A DNA stretch of 64,000 bases from Promethearchaeota archaeon (GTDB lineage Archaea > Asgardarchaeota > Lokiarchaeia > Sigyniarchaeales > SOKP01): contig JAGXNO010000005.1 in the NCBI GenBank assembly GCA_019894975.1, positions 32,001 to 96,000 on the forward strand, read 5' to 3'. Position 1 is the stretch's first letter. Each line of letters begins with the position of its first letter. Below the pieces are notes generated by a model. The model did not search any database, was not told the DNA's origin, and saw only the letters and a program-made list of their open reading frames with translations. Shown one piece after another: positions 1 to 10,083 of the stretch. A program made the position numbers and the translations under genes.

Positions 1-284
1 ATGTGAATCTTTTTTCGTATGATAATGCTATCGAACTTATGGTAGCCTTAGATGCGGGTACTGATATTGACCTTGCTTACATTGACGGGCCTGTGTTCAC
101 TGCTTGGGAAGGTATTTATGATATTGAGGTCTTATTTAGCTCCGGAATAGATCCGTTTGCACTATATACTAGACATGGTGAACCAGAGTTTCTTTATACG
201 ATAAATACAGTCATTTATGAGAGTTATCTGACCGGATCGATCTTCGATACAATAAATTATTGGTTCGGTAATATCACAACATAA
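1..284 (+). CDS. Polar amino acid ABC transporter substrate-binding protein, C-terminal fragment (5' truncated by window)
   Basis: Aligns by eye to the C-terminus of 3374..4249 (ALDAG.ID.AY.D.P.F, GEPE.LY.IN.VI.E.Y, WFG end); adjacent to permease genes. Confidence 0.85.
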   Translation, partial: VNLFSYDNAIELMVALDAGTDIDLAYIDGPVFTAWEGIYDIEVLFSSGIDPFALYTRHGEPEFLYTINTVIYESYLTGSIFDTINYWFGNITT

Positions 285-440
285 TTGATGCTTTTCTAAT
301 TCCAACTGTAATTATCCCAAAGAAATATGAAATTATGAAAATTAATATAATTAAACAATTTTTTTTTTTACAATTTTTATAATATATTGATAATTTTCTA
401 AAGATAAATTAGAATTTCATTCTATATTAAATTAATAACA

Positions 441-1520
441 ATGTTGTTTACCAATATAATTGAAGCTATAATCACGAGAAATTTCACTCAGATTGTGATG
501 TTCATAATTGGTATATACGTAATGAGATGGTATGCCAAGAAGAAGAGCACACACTATACTAAAGTGTGGGATTCATCTCTCAAAACGGCATTGATAATGA
601 ATTTATCTTGGTTGGTAATAAGTATTCCTTGGAGTCTTACATTTAATTTCATGCGTATTGAAAGTGTGTTCATCGATCTAATTATCTCTGGAATTAATGT
701 TTTAATTGGCTCTATAATCGTGATAATTTTATATGAGAAAAATTTGAGAGATTCTTTCTTGTTCGTAGTCGTTATTCAACTTATTATTTTCATCGCATCT
801 ATAGTAGTAGGATTCATTTTAACAGTTGTTATGAGTTTTTTTTTATCAGGGAATTACGAAATAGCTTATTATATTCTTAAGATTGGATTACCATATACCT
901 TACTTCTTACAATCCTTGGATTATTAATTGGATTTATTATTGGCATGGCGTTAGCCCTAATGCGTATTTATAGCGGTATTGAACTCAGTTGGATTGCAAA
1001 AACTTATGAGAATATATTCCGAGGTATTCCTATTTTAGTTTTAATCTATATCTTTGCTTATGGTTTTACCGGTCTATTTTGGTTTATAGAACTTTCTCAA
1101 AGACCACTTGCTAGTATTGTTTTAGCACTTGGTCTTCGAAGTGGTGCTTACCAATCCCAAATATTCCGTGGAGCTATACTTTCTGTGAATCCTGGTCAAA
1201 CAGATGCCGCTCGTGCTATAGGGATGAATGGAAATCAAACATTTCGACATATTATATTTCCTCAAGCTATTCGTCTGGCTGTACCTAGCTGGTCTAATGA
1301 ATATGCAGTAGTCATTAAGGACACATCATTTGCTTACGCCGTTGGTATTGTTGAAATGACTAAGGTAGCTTACGATTATTCTCGTGCCTTTCAAGGTACT
1401 TGGGCATTATCAATAGGTATTCTTGCGATTTTATATCTTCTCTTAACTTTTCCTGTAACCAAATTATTTGGGGAACGGCAAACTAAAAAACTTAAAGAAT
1501 TAGGAATGGGTGGTGGTTAA
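441..1520 (+). CDS. Amino acid ABC transporter permease (HisM/GlnP family) with an extra N-terminal membrane domain
   Basis: [31 protein letters not shown] (EAA-like loop), IKDTS; about 135 extra hydrophobic N-terminal residues. Confidence 0.9.
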   Translation: MLFTNIIEAIITRNFTQIVMFIIGIYVMRWYAKKKSTHYTKVWDSSLKTALIMNLSWLVISIPWSLTFNFMRIESVFIDLIISGINVLIGSIIVIILYEKNLRDSFLFVVVIQLIIFIASIVVGFILTVVMSFFLSGNYEIAYYILKIGLPYTLLLTILGLLIGFIIGMALALMRIYSGIELSWIAKTYENIFRGIPILVLIYIFAYGFTGLFWFIELSQRPLASIVLALGLRSGAYQSQIFRGAILSVNPGQTDAARAIGMNGNQTFRHIIFPQAIRLAVPSWSNEYAVVIKDTSFAYAVGIVEMTKVAYDYSRAFQGTWALSIGILAILYLLLTFPVTKLFGERQTKKLKELGMGGG

Positions 1521-1522
1521 AT

Positions 1523-2311
1523 ATAAAGGAATCTGTAATACGCGTAGATAACATCTGGAAGTCATATGATGAATTGCAAGTCCTTAAAGGAGTCTCTTTC
1601 GAATTGGCTGAACGAGAAGTTAAGGTTATATTTGGACCAAGTGGTTCTGGAAAGAGTACACTTCTCCGATGCATAAATATGCTAAGTCCTCCAGAGAGGG
1701 GAGATATTTTCCTTAGGGGTGAGAATATAACTATGCCCGGAGTTAATCTTAATGCCGTTAGAACAAGATTAGGAATGGTCTTCCAGCATTTTAACCTTTT
1801 TGCCCACCTCAAAGCTATTGATAATGTGAGTATTGGTATTCGTCGGGTAAAAGGTTTATCGAAAAAGGACGCTCAAACTAAAGCGCGTGAAGCACTAGAT
1901 CGCGTTAGAATGGCAAAATGGGCAGATCACTATCCTGCTCAACTATCTGGTGGTCAACAACAACGAGTGGGTATTGCTCGAGCTTTAGCTATGGAACCAG
2001 AGGTAATATTATTTGATGAACCTACATCAGCATTGGATCCCGAACTAATTGGGGAAGTACTTCAAGTAATGTTGGATCTCGCTAAAACAGGTACTACCAT
2101 GATTGTGGTAACTCACGAGTTGGGATTTGCCAAAGCTGTTGCATCAGAAATGATATTTCTCGGTGAGGGGGTTGTAATCGAGCGTGGAACACCTCAACAT
2201 TTCTTTGTTTCACCTAAATCTGAACGTGTAAAAAAATTTCTCAAACAGCTTGAAGTTTTATATGGAACCCACGAAGAACTTTTAAAACCTTTGGACGAGG
2301 AGGAATATTGA
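1523..2311 (+). CDS. Amino acid ABC transporter ATP-binding protein (GlnQ family); probable ATA start at 1523, upstream of the track's TTG at 1574
   Basis: Walker [17 protein letters not shown], Walker [13 protein letters not shown]-loop VTHE; the frame stays open upstream through [15 protein letters not shown]. Confidence 0.92.
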   Translation: MKESVIRVDNIWKSYDELQVLKGVSFELAEREVKVIFGPSGSGKSTLLRCINMLSPPERGDIFLRGENITMPGVNLNAVRTRLGMVFQHFNLFAHLKAIDNVSIGIRRVKGLSKKDAQTKAREALDRVRMAKWADHYPAQLSGGQQQRVGIARALAMEPEVILFDEPTSALDPELIGEVLQVMLDLAKTGTTMIVVTHELGFAKAVASEMIFLGEGVVIERGTPQHFFVSPKSERVKKFLKQLEVLYGTHEELLKPLDEEEY

Positions 2312-3162
2312 AAGAGACGGTAGAACAACTTTCGGATGAGAGCAAGTTAAAGAGAAAAAAATTATTATTGGGTGCAAGTATTGCTGTTATTTTAATTATA
2401 GTTGTAATCATATTAAGCAACCTATTTTGTACTTTTCCATTTCTGGTTGAAACAGATTATTGTATCGTAACAGGATACTGGGACCGATTATTTGCAGGTT
2501 TTCTTACAACGATGTGGTTATATGGATGGGCGCTTATGTTTGGTTTTTTATTAGGACTTTTTCTTGCTCTGCTCCGTCAATATGCTGGAAGTATCTTTTC
2601 CCGGGTTGCTACTGGTTATATTGAGATTATACGTGGAACACCTCTAGTCGCGCAGTTATTTTTCTTATACTATGGTTTGAATATCTCATTAGGGAACTGG
2701 AATATATATACTCAATTTACTATTTTTGGTGGAGAAATTACTTTCGTATTCTTAAATTCCCGGATTCTTTTTGGTATCATAGCATTAAGTCTTAATAGTG
2801 CAGCATATCAAGCTGAATATCTTCGTGGCGCCATGATGTCTGTTAGTACTGGTCAATTAATGGCTGCTCAATCATTGGGTATGTCAAAGCTAGCCGGTAT
2901 CCGCCATATTATATTGCCTCAGGCTCTACGACGAGTTATTCCTGCATGGTCTAACGAAGCGGCTTATCTACCGAAGTATACTGTTGTTGTTTCTCTAATT
3001 GGAGCAACTGAACTCTTTGGTCAAGCAAAAATTATTGTTTCACAAGAATACATATCAATATTTACTTATATCATTGTTGCTATCATCTTTTTGGTTACAA
3101 TTGCGATTATTTCTCGAGGATTAGATATCCTTCATAAACGAACGGGAATTCCGGGATTATGA
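2308..3162 (+). CDS. Amino acid ABC transporter permease
   Basis: [31 protein letters not shown]; 4-nt overlap with the ATPase stop; GAGGAGG upstream. Confidence 0.92.
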   Translation: MKETVEQLSDESKLKRKKLLLGASIAVILIIVVIILSNLFCTFPFLVETDYCIVTGYWDRLFAGFLTTMWLYGWALMFGFLLGLFLALLRQYAGSIFSRVATGYIEIIRGTPLVAQLFFLYYGLNISLGNWNIYTQFTIFGGEITFVFLNSRILFGIIALSLNSAAYQAEYLRGAMMSVSTGQLMAAQSLGMSKLAGIRHIILPQALRRVIPAWSNEAAYLPKYTVVVSLIGATELFGQAKIIVSQEYISIFTYIIVAIIFLVTIAIISRGLDILHKRTGIPGL

Positions 3163-3373
3163 TTTCTTGAGTATTGAAAAATTATTTAATTCTTTATATT
3201 TTTATATAGAACCTTAAATTTGAGATTGTTTTAACATCAGAAATAATTTGGATTTGTTGTCCTTAGATAGAAATTCTTAAATATTAACTTATGAGATCTA
3301 CTACCACAAATAGTAATCTAAAAAATTCAATAATAGAATTATAAAAAAATGTATATTTTGAGTTGAAAATCAT

Positions 3374-4249
3374 TTGAGAAGAGAACTTGGAATTATTGCA
3401 ATGATTGCCTGTATTGGGATCGGATTCGCTTCTGGATGGGTTGTGCCTGCATTCTTTATAGAAGGGAAACAATGTCCAGATTGTCCAGAATGCCCAGAAT
3501 GCCCAGAATGCCCAGAATGTCCAGAGTGCCCAGAATGTCCTATATGTCCGGAGGAACCAGAGCCATTAATTGATCAAATTATCTCCCGAGGTGAATTCAT
3601 TGTTGGAACGACTGCTGACTACCCGCCTTTTGAATACTATAATGCTACGGAAATAATAGGCTTCGATATAGATTTATCACAGATGATTGCTGATGAGATT
3701 GGTGTTAGTTTAACTATAACCGATATACCTTTTGACACCCTAATGACTGCCTGTAATGCAAGCACTATTGATATGATTGCAGCAGCAATGATTTACACAG
3801 AACCACGCGCTGAAATTCTTGCACCTTCCATCGACTACCTTACTTTAAGTCAAGATGTTGTAGTTAGAAACGATTCCGTGCTTACTATAGAAAGTTTAGA
3901 TAACCTTACATCTTATACTGTCGGAGTTCAAGCAGGAACTGTGAATCAAGATGAATTAGAATTTCTAGGTATGATCATTAATGTAAACCTTATGATCTAC
4001 TCTAGTGCCACATCCTTATTCGCAGCCCTGGATGCCGGGGCCATTGATGCCGCATACGTAGATAGACCAATTTTTGCCGTTTATAATGAAATATATGACC
4101 TTAAAATTATTTTTAGTATACCAAGTGGGTCTTTAGTGCTTTGGTGCAAATATGGTGAACCAGAACTCTTGTATATAATTAATAAGGTTATTTTTGAAGC
4201 CTATCAAAATGGGATGATTTTTAGCCTATTTGAGAAGTGGTTTGGATGA
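3374..4249 (+). CDS. Membrane-anchored amino acid substrate-binding protein (family 3) with a CPx-repeat stalk
   Basis: N-terminal TM helix; VGTTADYPPFEY, GFDIDL, VGVQAGT. Confidence 0.92.
   Translation: MRRELGIIAMIACIGIGFASGWVVPAFFIEGKQCPDCPECPECPECPECPECPECPICPEEPEPLIDQIISRGEFIVGTTADYPPFEYYNATEIIGFDIDLSQMIADEIGVSLTITDIPFDTLMTACNASTIDMIAAAMIYTEPRAEILAPSIDYLTLSQDVVVRNDSVLTIESLDNLTSYTVGVQAGTVNQDELEFLGMIINVNLMIYSSATSLFAALDAGAIDAAYVDRPIFAVYNEIYDLKIIFSIPSGSLVLWCKYGEPELLYIINKVIFEAYQNGMIFSLFEKWFG
3473..3553 (+). repeat. 9-bp tandem repeat x9 encoding CPD-(CPE)6-CPI-CPE
   Basis: TGYCCAGAR-type units read directly, with synonymous variation among them. Confidence 0.95.
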
Positions 4250-4397
4250 CTAGCCTTCGAAAATTCCCAACTGTTAATAATTGACTCTAATAACTGACAA
4301 CTGATTTAAAAACATATATTATTTAATCTAATTTTCTTTTTTTTCTATACTATTTATTTGATTTAAGATAACAACATAAAAAATTATAATAGAAACT

Positions 4398-5453
4398 ATG
4401 AAGATTATCGATTTTCGGTCTGATACAGTGACAAAACCTTCTCCTGAAATGTGGAATATGATAAAATCAATGAATAATTCTAAGCTTGGGGACGATGTTA
4501 TTGGTGAAGATCCTACAGTAAATGAATTAGAAGAAAAAGCAGCTAAAATAATAGGAAAGGAAGCAGCTCTATTAGTAACCTCAGGTACTCAAGGAAATCT
4601 GGTTTCACTTCTCTCACAGACAAATCCAGGGAATGAAATCTTGTTAGAAGAAAAATGCCATATTGTTGGGCATGAAGTTGGAAGTGCTGCACGTATCGGA
4701 GGATTAATGGTACGAACATATCCTTCGAACAGAGGTGTTCCCTCCATTGATCATCTTCAAGATTTAATTCGATATAAAGAAGACATACATGAACCAGCAA
4801 CAACTCTAATAAGTGCTGAGAATACACATAATTTTCATGGTGGAGCGATATTGAAGCCAGAAATCCTAAGAGATTTAAAAAATTTTGCCCAAAAGAACGA
4901 ATTGAAATTCCATTTAGATGGCGCTAGAATTTTTAATGCTGCGGTGGGTTTAAACACAGATGTAACAGAATTAACTAAACATGTTGATAGCATAATGTTT
5001 TGTTTATCCAAGGGATTATCTTGCCCTGTTGGTTCTATAGTTGCGGGTTCAAAAGAGTTTATATCGAAAGCTCGAAAGTTCCGTAAAATGCTAGGGGGTG
5101 GTATGAGACAAGCAGGAATTATTGCCTCTTTTGGATTAGTGGCAATTGAACCAAATTGGATTAAAAGGTTGGAAGAAGACCATAGAAATGCTAAATTACT
5201 TGCAGAAGGATTAAAATCTTTTGAGCATCCTATTAAAATCCATAATCCAGATACAAATATTGTCATTTTAGAATTTTTAAAAACACCTAAAATCTTCAAG
5301 ATATTAACTGAGTTAGGAAAAGAAGGTATCTTGGCGTTTACCATTAGTAATAAGAAGATTCGTTTTGTAACTCATTATGGAATTCATGAGGATGATATTC
5401 AATATAGCATAGATAAAATTAGGAACGTTTTGAATAGATATAATTATGAATAA
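4398..5453 (+). CDS. ltaE: Low-specificity L-threonine aldolase (PLP-dependent)
   Basis: DFRSDTVT, GDDV.GEDPTV, ENTHN..GG, HLDGARIFNA, CLSKGL (PLP Lys), GGGMRQAG. Confidence 0.93.
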   Translation: MKIIDFRSDTVTKPSPEMWNMIKSMNNSKLGDDVIGEDPTVNELEEKAAKIIGKEAALLVTSGTQGNLVSLLSQTNPGNEILLEEKCHIVGHEVGSAARIGGLMVRTYPSNRGVPSIDHLQDLIRYKEDIHEPATTLISAENTHNFHGGAILKPEILRDLKNFAQKNELKFHLDGARIFNAAVGLNTDVTELTKHVDSIMFCLSKGLSCPVGSIVAGSKEFISKARKFRKMLGGGMRQAGIIASFGLVAIEPNWIKRLEEDHRNAKLLAEGLKSFEHPIKIHNPDTNIVILEFLKTPKIFKILTELGKEGILAFTISNKKIRFVTHYGIHEDDIQYSIDKIRNVLNRYNYE

Positions 5454-5454
5454 A

Positions 5455-5477
5455 ATAACAATAAAATAAAAAAAAAG
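5455..5477 (-). terminator. T-rich tract (minus strand) after the thiolase operon; probable archaeal intrinsic terminator
   Basis: A-run on the + strand just past the stop at 5485, between convergent genes. Confidence 0.45.
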
Positions 5478-5484
5478 ATTTACT

Positions 5485-6018
5485 TCATTTCTCTTCAGAA
5501 CTCTCTAAATCTGAAGATTTATCTTCCATCAGATCATAGTATTCTATGTCCATTAGACCTCCAATGGGATTTTCTGTCCAATGAGCTTTAATTGGCATTC
5601 CAATATATGTGTCTTTAAAATCAACTTCGGGATTAAGTGAAGCTATACTTGCTGTGTCTGCTCCATCATGATGAACTAACACCATGGGTTTCTCTTGTAT
5701 TTCTCCTGTCTCTAGATCCTTTAAGTAAGCAACAGCAAAAGTACAAACATTTCCCGTTTCTCTTAAATCAACCCATCTATCAGGTTTTACTAAACATTTT
5801 CCACAGACAAATCTAGGAGGATAGTAGACAGTATTACATCCAGAACATTTTAAGCCTACTAATTTTTTTTCTTTTAATTTCTGTAAGAAAGGTTGTAGAT
5901 GTGTTATATTATATTTGTACTTATAATTAGACAAGTACCAACTTCCCGGCATTTTTCTTGTCTCTTTATAATCCTTTTTAATATAGTCCATAGACTTTCT
6001 TTGAGTTAGTTTAGACAT
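5485..6018 (-). CDS. Zn-ribbon/OB-fold (DUF35, ChsH2-like) thiolase/aldolase partner; start likely ATG 6018 rather than 6048
   Basis: KCSGC..VYYPPRFVCGKC followed by OB fold; GGAGGTGA just upstream of ATG 6018. Confidence 0.88.
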   Translation of the reverse strand: MSKLTQRKSMDYIKKDYKETRKMPGSWYLSNYKYKYNITHLQPFLQKLKEKKLVGLKCSGCNTVYYPPRFVCGKCLVKPDRWVDLRETGNVCTFAVAYLKDLETGEIQEKPMVLVHHDGADTASIASLNPEVDFKDTYIGMPIKAHWTENPIGGLMDIEYYDLMEDKSSDLESSEEK

Positions 6019-6022
6019 TTTT

Positions 6023-6030
6023 TCACCTCC
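6023..6030 (-). promoter_or_regulatory. Shine-Dalgarno GGAGGTGA that contains the upstream gene's TGA stop (translational coupling)
   Basis: tcacctcc on the + strand. Confidence 0.8.
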
Positions 6031-7270
6031 ATTTTCTTCTGGGTTCATCTGACATGACCATCATAGTACACAAATTAAGTGAACCACCCCACCCATGACC
6101 TATTGCGGTATGGACTGTTTTAGGAACTTGGTTACTTGCCTTACCCATTATTTGTAGTGCTGCCACAGCTGGTCTTTCAAGTGCCGAAGCCCCAATTGCA
6201 TTTGTAGAATTGACACCCCCAGAACAACATATAGGTAATTCCCCATTTAAAGCAGTAACCCCATTTTCATACATTCGTGGTGCGGTAGTTTCTTCAAATA
6301 AACCTAATTTTTCAACCCACATGAGTTCTTGGTTCGGAAATGGTGAATATACCTCAGCATAATCAATTTCCTTTCTTGGAAATGAAATACCTGCCTGACG
6401 ATAAGCCACCTCAGAAGATTTCATGGCTCCTAATTGCTCTGATGGGTCAATTTGTGCTGAACCACTTCCAGCATACCCTAGAATTGCTGTTTCATGAGCT
6501 ACACTTGCTACACCATTAACATAAGCAGGGATATCGCACATATCTTTTGCTTTTTCTTCAGTAGTAAATAAAACGGCGCAAGCTCCGTCAGAAGCAGGGC
6601 ATACCATACCGTATCTTAGGGGGAAGGAGATATATGGTGTATCAAGTACCTGTTCGATTGTTAGATCTGGCATTTTTAAATGAGCCCACCATGTTTTCGC
6701 AGCATTACGTCTGTTCTGCACAACTACTCTCGCTAAATCTTCCTCTGTGATTTTTGATTTTTGCATATAATTAGTAGCTTGATAAGCAGCTACTCCTATT
6801 GCGGCTCCTGCTGATAAAAGTCTCCCTACTTGGTCGTATGTCAGCCCTAGATGATTCAATAGGGCAACTTCACCGTAAGCAACATTAGCAAGACCAACGC
6901 TAGTATCTCCTTGAGATTGTTGTTCAAATGCAATTGCTAATACCGTATCAACACCTGGTAATCCTGCAGCTACTGAATAATATCCCGCGATGCCAACTGA
7001 CCCTCCTGTAGTACCTCCTGTAGTGACCCGCATCAAAGGTTTATTTAAAGCTCCGATTGAGTCTGTCATCCATAATTCAGGTAAGTTCGATCCCTCAAAT
7101 CCAGGCATGTTGCCAGTTGCATAAGCATCTATATCTTCGAAACCGACACTAGGGGCGTTTTTCAAACAATCTTTAACAGCTTCACTTACTAATTCTACGA
7201 TATTAACATCTGAGCGTTTAGATGCATGTTCACTAAATCCTGCTGAAGTGATTGCAACTTGTCTTCCCAT
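6023..7270 (-). CDS. SCP2-type thiolase-fold protein lacking the nucleophile Cys; Ltp3-like aldolase subunit
   Basis: PLMRVTTGGTTGGS in place of the CxS motif; CPASDGACA; AEVYSPF; SGGVNSTNAIGAS; GHGWGG. Confidence 0.8.
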   Translation of the reverse strand: MGRQVAITSAGFSEHASKRSDVNIVELVSEAVKDCLKNAPSVGFEDIDAYATGNMPGFEGSNLPELWMTDSIGALNKPLMRVTTGGTTGGSVGIAGYYSVAAGLPGVDTVLAIAFEQQSQGDTSVGLANVAYGEVALLNHLGLTYDQVGRLLSAGAAIGVAAYQATNYMQKSKITEEDLARVVVQNRRNAAKTWWAHLKMPDLTIEQVLDTPYISFPLRYGMVCPASDGACAVLFTTEEKAKDMCDIPAYVNGVASVAHETAILGYAGSGSAQIDPSEQLGAMKSSEVAYRQAGISFPRKEIDYAEVYSPFPNQELMWVEKLGLFEETTAPRMYENGVTALNGELPICCSGGVNSTNAIGASALERPAVAALQIMGKASNQVPKTVHTAIGHGWGGSLNLCTMMVMSDEPRRKWR

Positions 7271-7272
7271 TT

Positions 7273-8427
7273 TTAATTCTCACCCTCCAAGATATATACA
7301 ATATTATTTTGAGCACACATTCCAATCTGACCGGAAGCGATTGCCTTCTTAGCATCTTTAACTTGGTATCCATCCGCTTCTCCTCTTAATTGCTTTGCAG
7401 CTTCTATAATCCTAATTAATCCAGTTGCACATGGAGGATTACCACCAATAGCACCTCCCGAAGGATTTATAGGGATATCACCACCAATTTCTGAATTCGA
7501 ATCTGTACCTTGACCTACATCTGCTAAACCTAATGATTCAGAAAAAATTACTTCCTCATGGGCATAAGCCTCATAAAATTCTGCTAGGTCAATTTCTTCT
7601 CTAGGATTTTTAATACCTGCCGCTTCATATGCCATTTTTCCTGCTAATTCCATAGATGTGCTCTTAGCTAAATCACGATCTCCAAGATAATATGTTTCTT
7701 GGCTATATCCTACCCCCGTAATCCACACAGGGTTAGGAGTTATTTTTAGCGCTTGTCTTTCAGGAGCTAATAACAATGCCGCAACACCATCACAGGGTTG
7801 TGCAACCATTAGTTCCGTTACCGGATCAGCATATATCTCTGATTCTAATACATCTTTAACAGTAATATTGGCATTTTGGGCTTCCTGCAATGCTAATGGA
7901 TTTTTTGAAGCATTTTTTCTATTTTTAACAGCAATTTTAGCTACATCTTCTATGTTTACTTTATACTTTTCCATGTATGCTCTCATCTGAAATCCTGCTG
8001 CAGTAATATCATTAACATAAGCAACTGGCCTTTCCCATGTTGGGTCGGTTTCATATAGCCGTGCCGCATGATATGGAAAACATGATGCCATACTTCCTCC
8101 CCATACTAAAGCAAGTTTATGATTACCCGAAAGAATACGCATTAACCCATATAATACTGCATGAGCGCCATCCATCTCTACCTTACTCTCATCAGTCATA
8201 TATCCTCCCCCAACTTCAACAGTATAACAGTTTGAAATTGTACGCCCGTCGTAATAGTCGTTTGTGCAAGAAATTGCTGTGGTAATATCTTTTTTCTTTA
8301 AGCCAGCACTATCAATCGCGCCCCTTACAGCTTCAAAAATCATTTCATATCTTCCATAGTTTGCATCCGAATGTAATTTTACTTGATTATAACCTACAAT
8401 ACCTACTTTTTGCATTCTATTCATCAC
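7273..8427 (-). CDS. SCP2-type thiolase-fold protein lacking the nucleophile Cys; Ltp4-like subunit (start possibly ATG 8415)
   Basis: DYYDGR, ESKVEMDGAHA, DGVAALLL, INPSGGAIGGNP..ATGL, GMCAQNN. Confidence 0.8.
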   Translation of the reverse strand: MMNRMQKVGIVGYNQVKLHSDANYGRYEMIFEAVRGAIDSAGLKKKDITTAISCTNDYYDGRTISNCYTVEVGGGYMTDESKVEMDGAHAVLYGLMRILSGNHKLALVWGGSMASCFPYHAARLYETDPTWERPVAYVNDITAAGFQMRAYMEKYKVNIEDVAKIAVKNRKNASKNPLALQEAQNANITVKDVLESEIYADPVTELMVAQPCDGVAALLLAPERQALKITPNPVWITGVGYSQETYYLGDRDLAKSTSMELAGKMAYEAAGIKNPREEIDLAEFYEAYAHEEVIFSESLGLADVGQGTDSNSEIGGDIPINPSGGAIGGNPPCATGLIRIIEAAKQLRGEADGYQVKDAKKAIASGQIGMCAQNNIVYILEGEN

Positions 8428-8430
8428 CTC

Positions 8431-8892
8431 TCACATTTTCATAAACCCTTTAATATCAGAAGGGTTTCCTTTAGGTTTTTCATCCCATTCGATTTTAACC
8501 TTCATCCCAATTTTAACCTCTTCTGGTTCTATTTTCAGAAGACGATATACGATTGCCGTGTCACTCCCATCGATTTGAACCATTCCAATTATCTGAGGAT
8601 TTTTTGCTTTTCTAGCTGTTCTATCACTTACTCTATAGTGAGTTATTGTATAATTTTGCAACGTACCTGTATCTGGTAAATTCACCCAATTATTATCAAG
8701 AGGTATTGTTTTATTGCATTCACCGCATATTTTTCTTGGTGGTACAAATACTTTCTCACACTTTGTGCATTTATTTCCTATGATTTTCTTATTTTCAAGA
8801 GAATCATAGAATTTATCCATATAAAGACCAACCCAGAAGGAGAAATCGGCTCTTACAAAACCTTTAGTTGTAACGACTAACTTTTCTGTCAT
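8431..8892 (-). CDS. Zn-ribbon/OB-fold (DUF35) protein
   Basis: KCTKC.KVFVPPRKICGEC; IDGSDT; VKIGMKV. Confidence 0.9.
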   Translation of the reverse strand: MTEKLVVTTKGFVRADFSFWVGLYMDKFYDSLENKKIIGNKCTKCEKVFVPPRKICGECNKTIPLDNNWVNLPDTGTLQNYTITHYRVSDRTARKAKNPQIIGMVQIDGSDTAIVYRLLKIEPEEVKIGMKVKIEWDEKPKGNPSDIKGFMKM

Positions 8893-9015
8893 AATATTTC
8901 ATTTTTATTATTGAAAATTTCGATATAATTATTATTATGATGTACATGTTTAAAATATTAATTTTAAAAAAAGAATTAATAAACAATAAAAATGTAGAAT
9001 GAGATTTAGTATGGC

Positions 9016-9891
9016 CTATCTTTTGTATTTAAGCATAAAATCAATTAATTCTGAATTTCTCTTAAAGACTTTTAACTGATCTTTTTTAAGATGTTCACTT
9101 GCGATTGTTTTACACTCTTTTAACTCAATCTCTCTTTCCCCAATTGCTTCGCTTAGGACAGGTAAAAAATCACATAAAGTATGTACTTCTAACACTCTCC
9201 CTTTATATTTTTTCCTCGCTAAATCACTTACAAGAAATAGATAAACTGGTGAAATAAATTCTGGGGGAACAGTAATCGGCATTTGTTGTCCCCATTCTCT
9301 TAAATCCTCTGCCATTTTAGTTTCTACTCCTGCAGGGGTCACAACATTTACATTAATACCGTAAGGTTTTAACTCTGCACTCAAACACTTTCCCATTGCT
9401 GCCACAGCCGCTTTGGAAGCAGAATATGCCACTTTTTTTGGAGGAAAATAAACATTCCCGTTAACAGAAGACGTCATTACTATGCTTCCGCTTTTTTGCT
9501 CTATCATTTTCGGTAGTACTTCCTTTGATAAAGCATAATAACTCATAATATTGAGATTAAACAATTTTTGAGCATATTCAATAGGAGTATCAACCACAGA
9601 GGACATATGCGTCAAGCCTGCATTATTAACCAATATGTCAATGGTATCAAAATTTTCAAAATATTGCTTTGCACATTCCTTAACACCATCCAATGTTGAC
9701 AGATCTACCGGTATTGCAAATCCTTTAACCCCAAATTTCTCTATTTCTTGGACCGTATTATCTAATTGCTCTTTTGTTCGGGAGCAAACTGCTACATTGG
9801 CTCCATTTATAGCAAAATCAAGAGCTACTTCCCTTCCAATACCACGCCCTCCTCCAGTAACTAGAGCATTCTTACCTTTAAGTAATTTCAT
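9016..9891 (-). CDS. Short-chain dehydrogenase/reductase (SDR)
   Basis: TGGGRGIG, NNAG, catalytic YSASK. Confidence 0.92.
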   Translation of the reverse strand: MKLLKGKNALVTGGGRGIGREVALDFAINGANVAVCSRTKEQLDNTVQEIEKFGVKGFAIPVDLSTLDGVKECAKQYFENFDTIDILVNNAGLTHMSSVVDTPIEYAQKLFNLNIMSYYALSKEVLPKMIEQKSGSIVMTSSVNGNVYFPPKKVAYSASKAAVAAMGKCLSAELKPYGINVNVVTPAGVETKMAEDLREWGQQMPITVPPEFISPVYLFLVSDLARKKYKGRVLEVHTLCDFLPVLSEAIGEREIELKECKTIASEHLKKDQLKVFKRNSELIDFMLKYKR

Positions 9892-10083
9892 CTATTTTTT
9901 CACTCTTTCTCAATCTAATACAAAAATTATTGGATTAAACTTATTTTTATATCTTTGTTTAAAAATTTTAGTTTGCTAACTATATTCAGTTTCATCTAAG
10001 AAAAATTTTAGGAGAAAATACTATTTAAAATTATAAACATTATCAGAAAGATAATTAAAATTTTATAATGAAGTGACTTAAAA

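Noticed and set aside
3473-3553. Tandem repeat as a CRISPR array or non-coding VNTR
   Set aside because: It has a 9-bp unit, no spacers, and is in frame within a CDS
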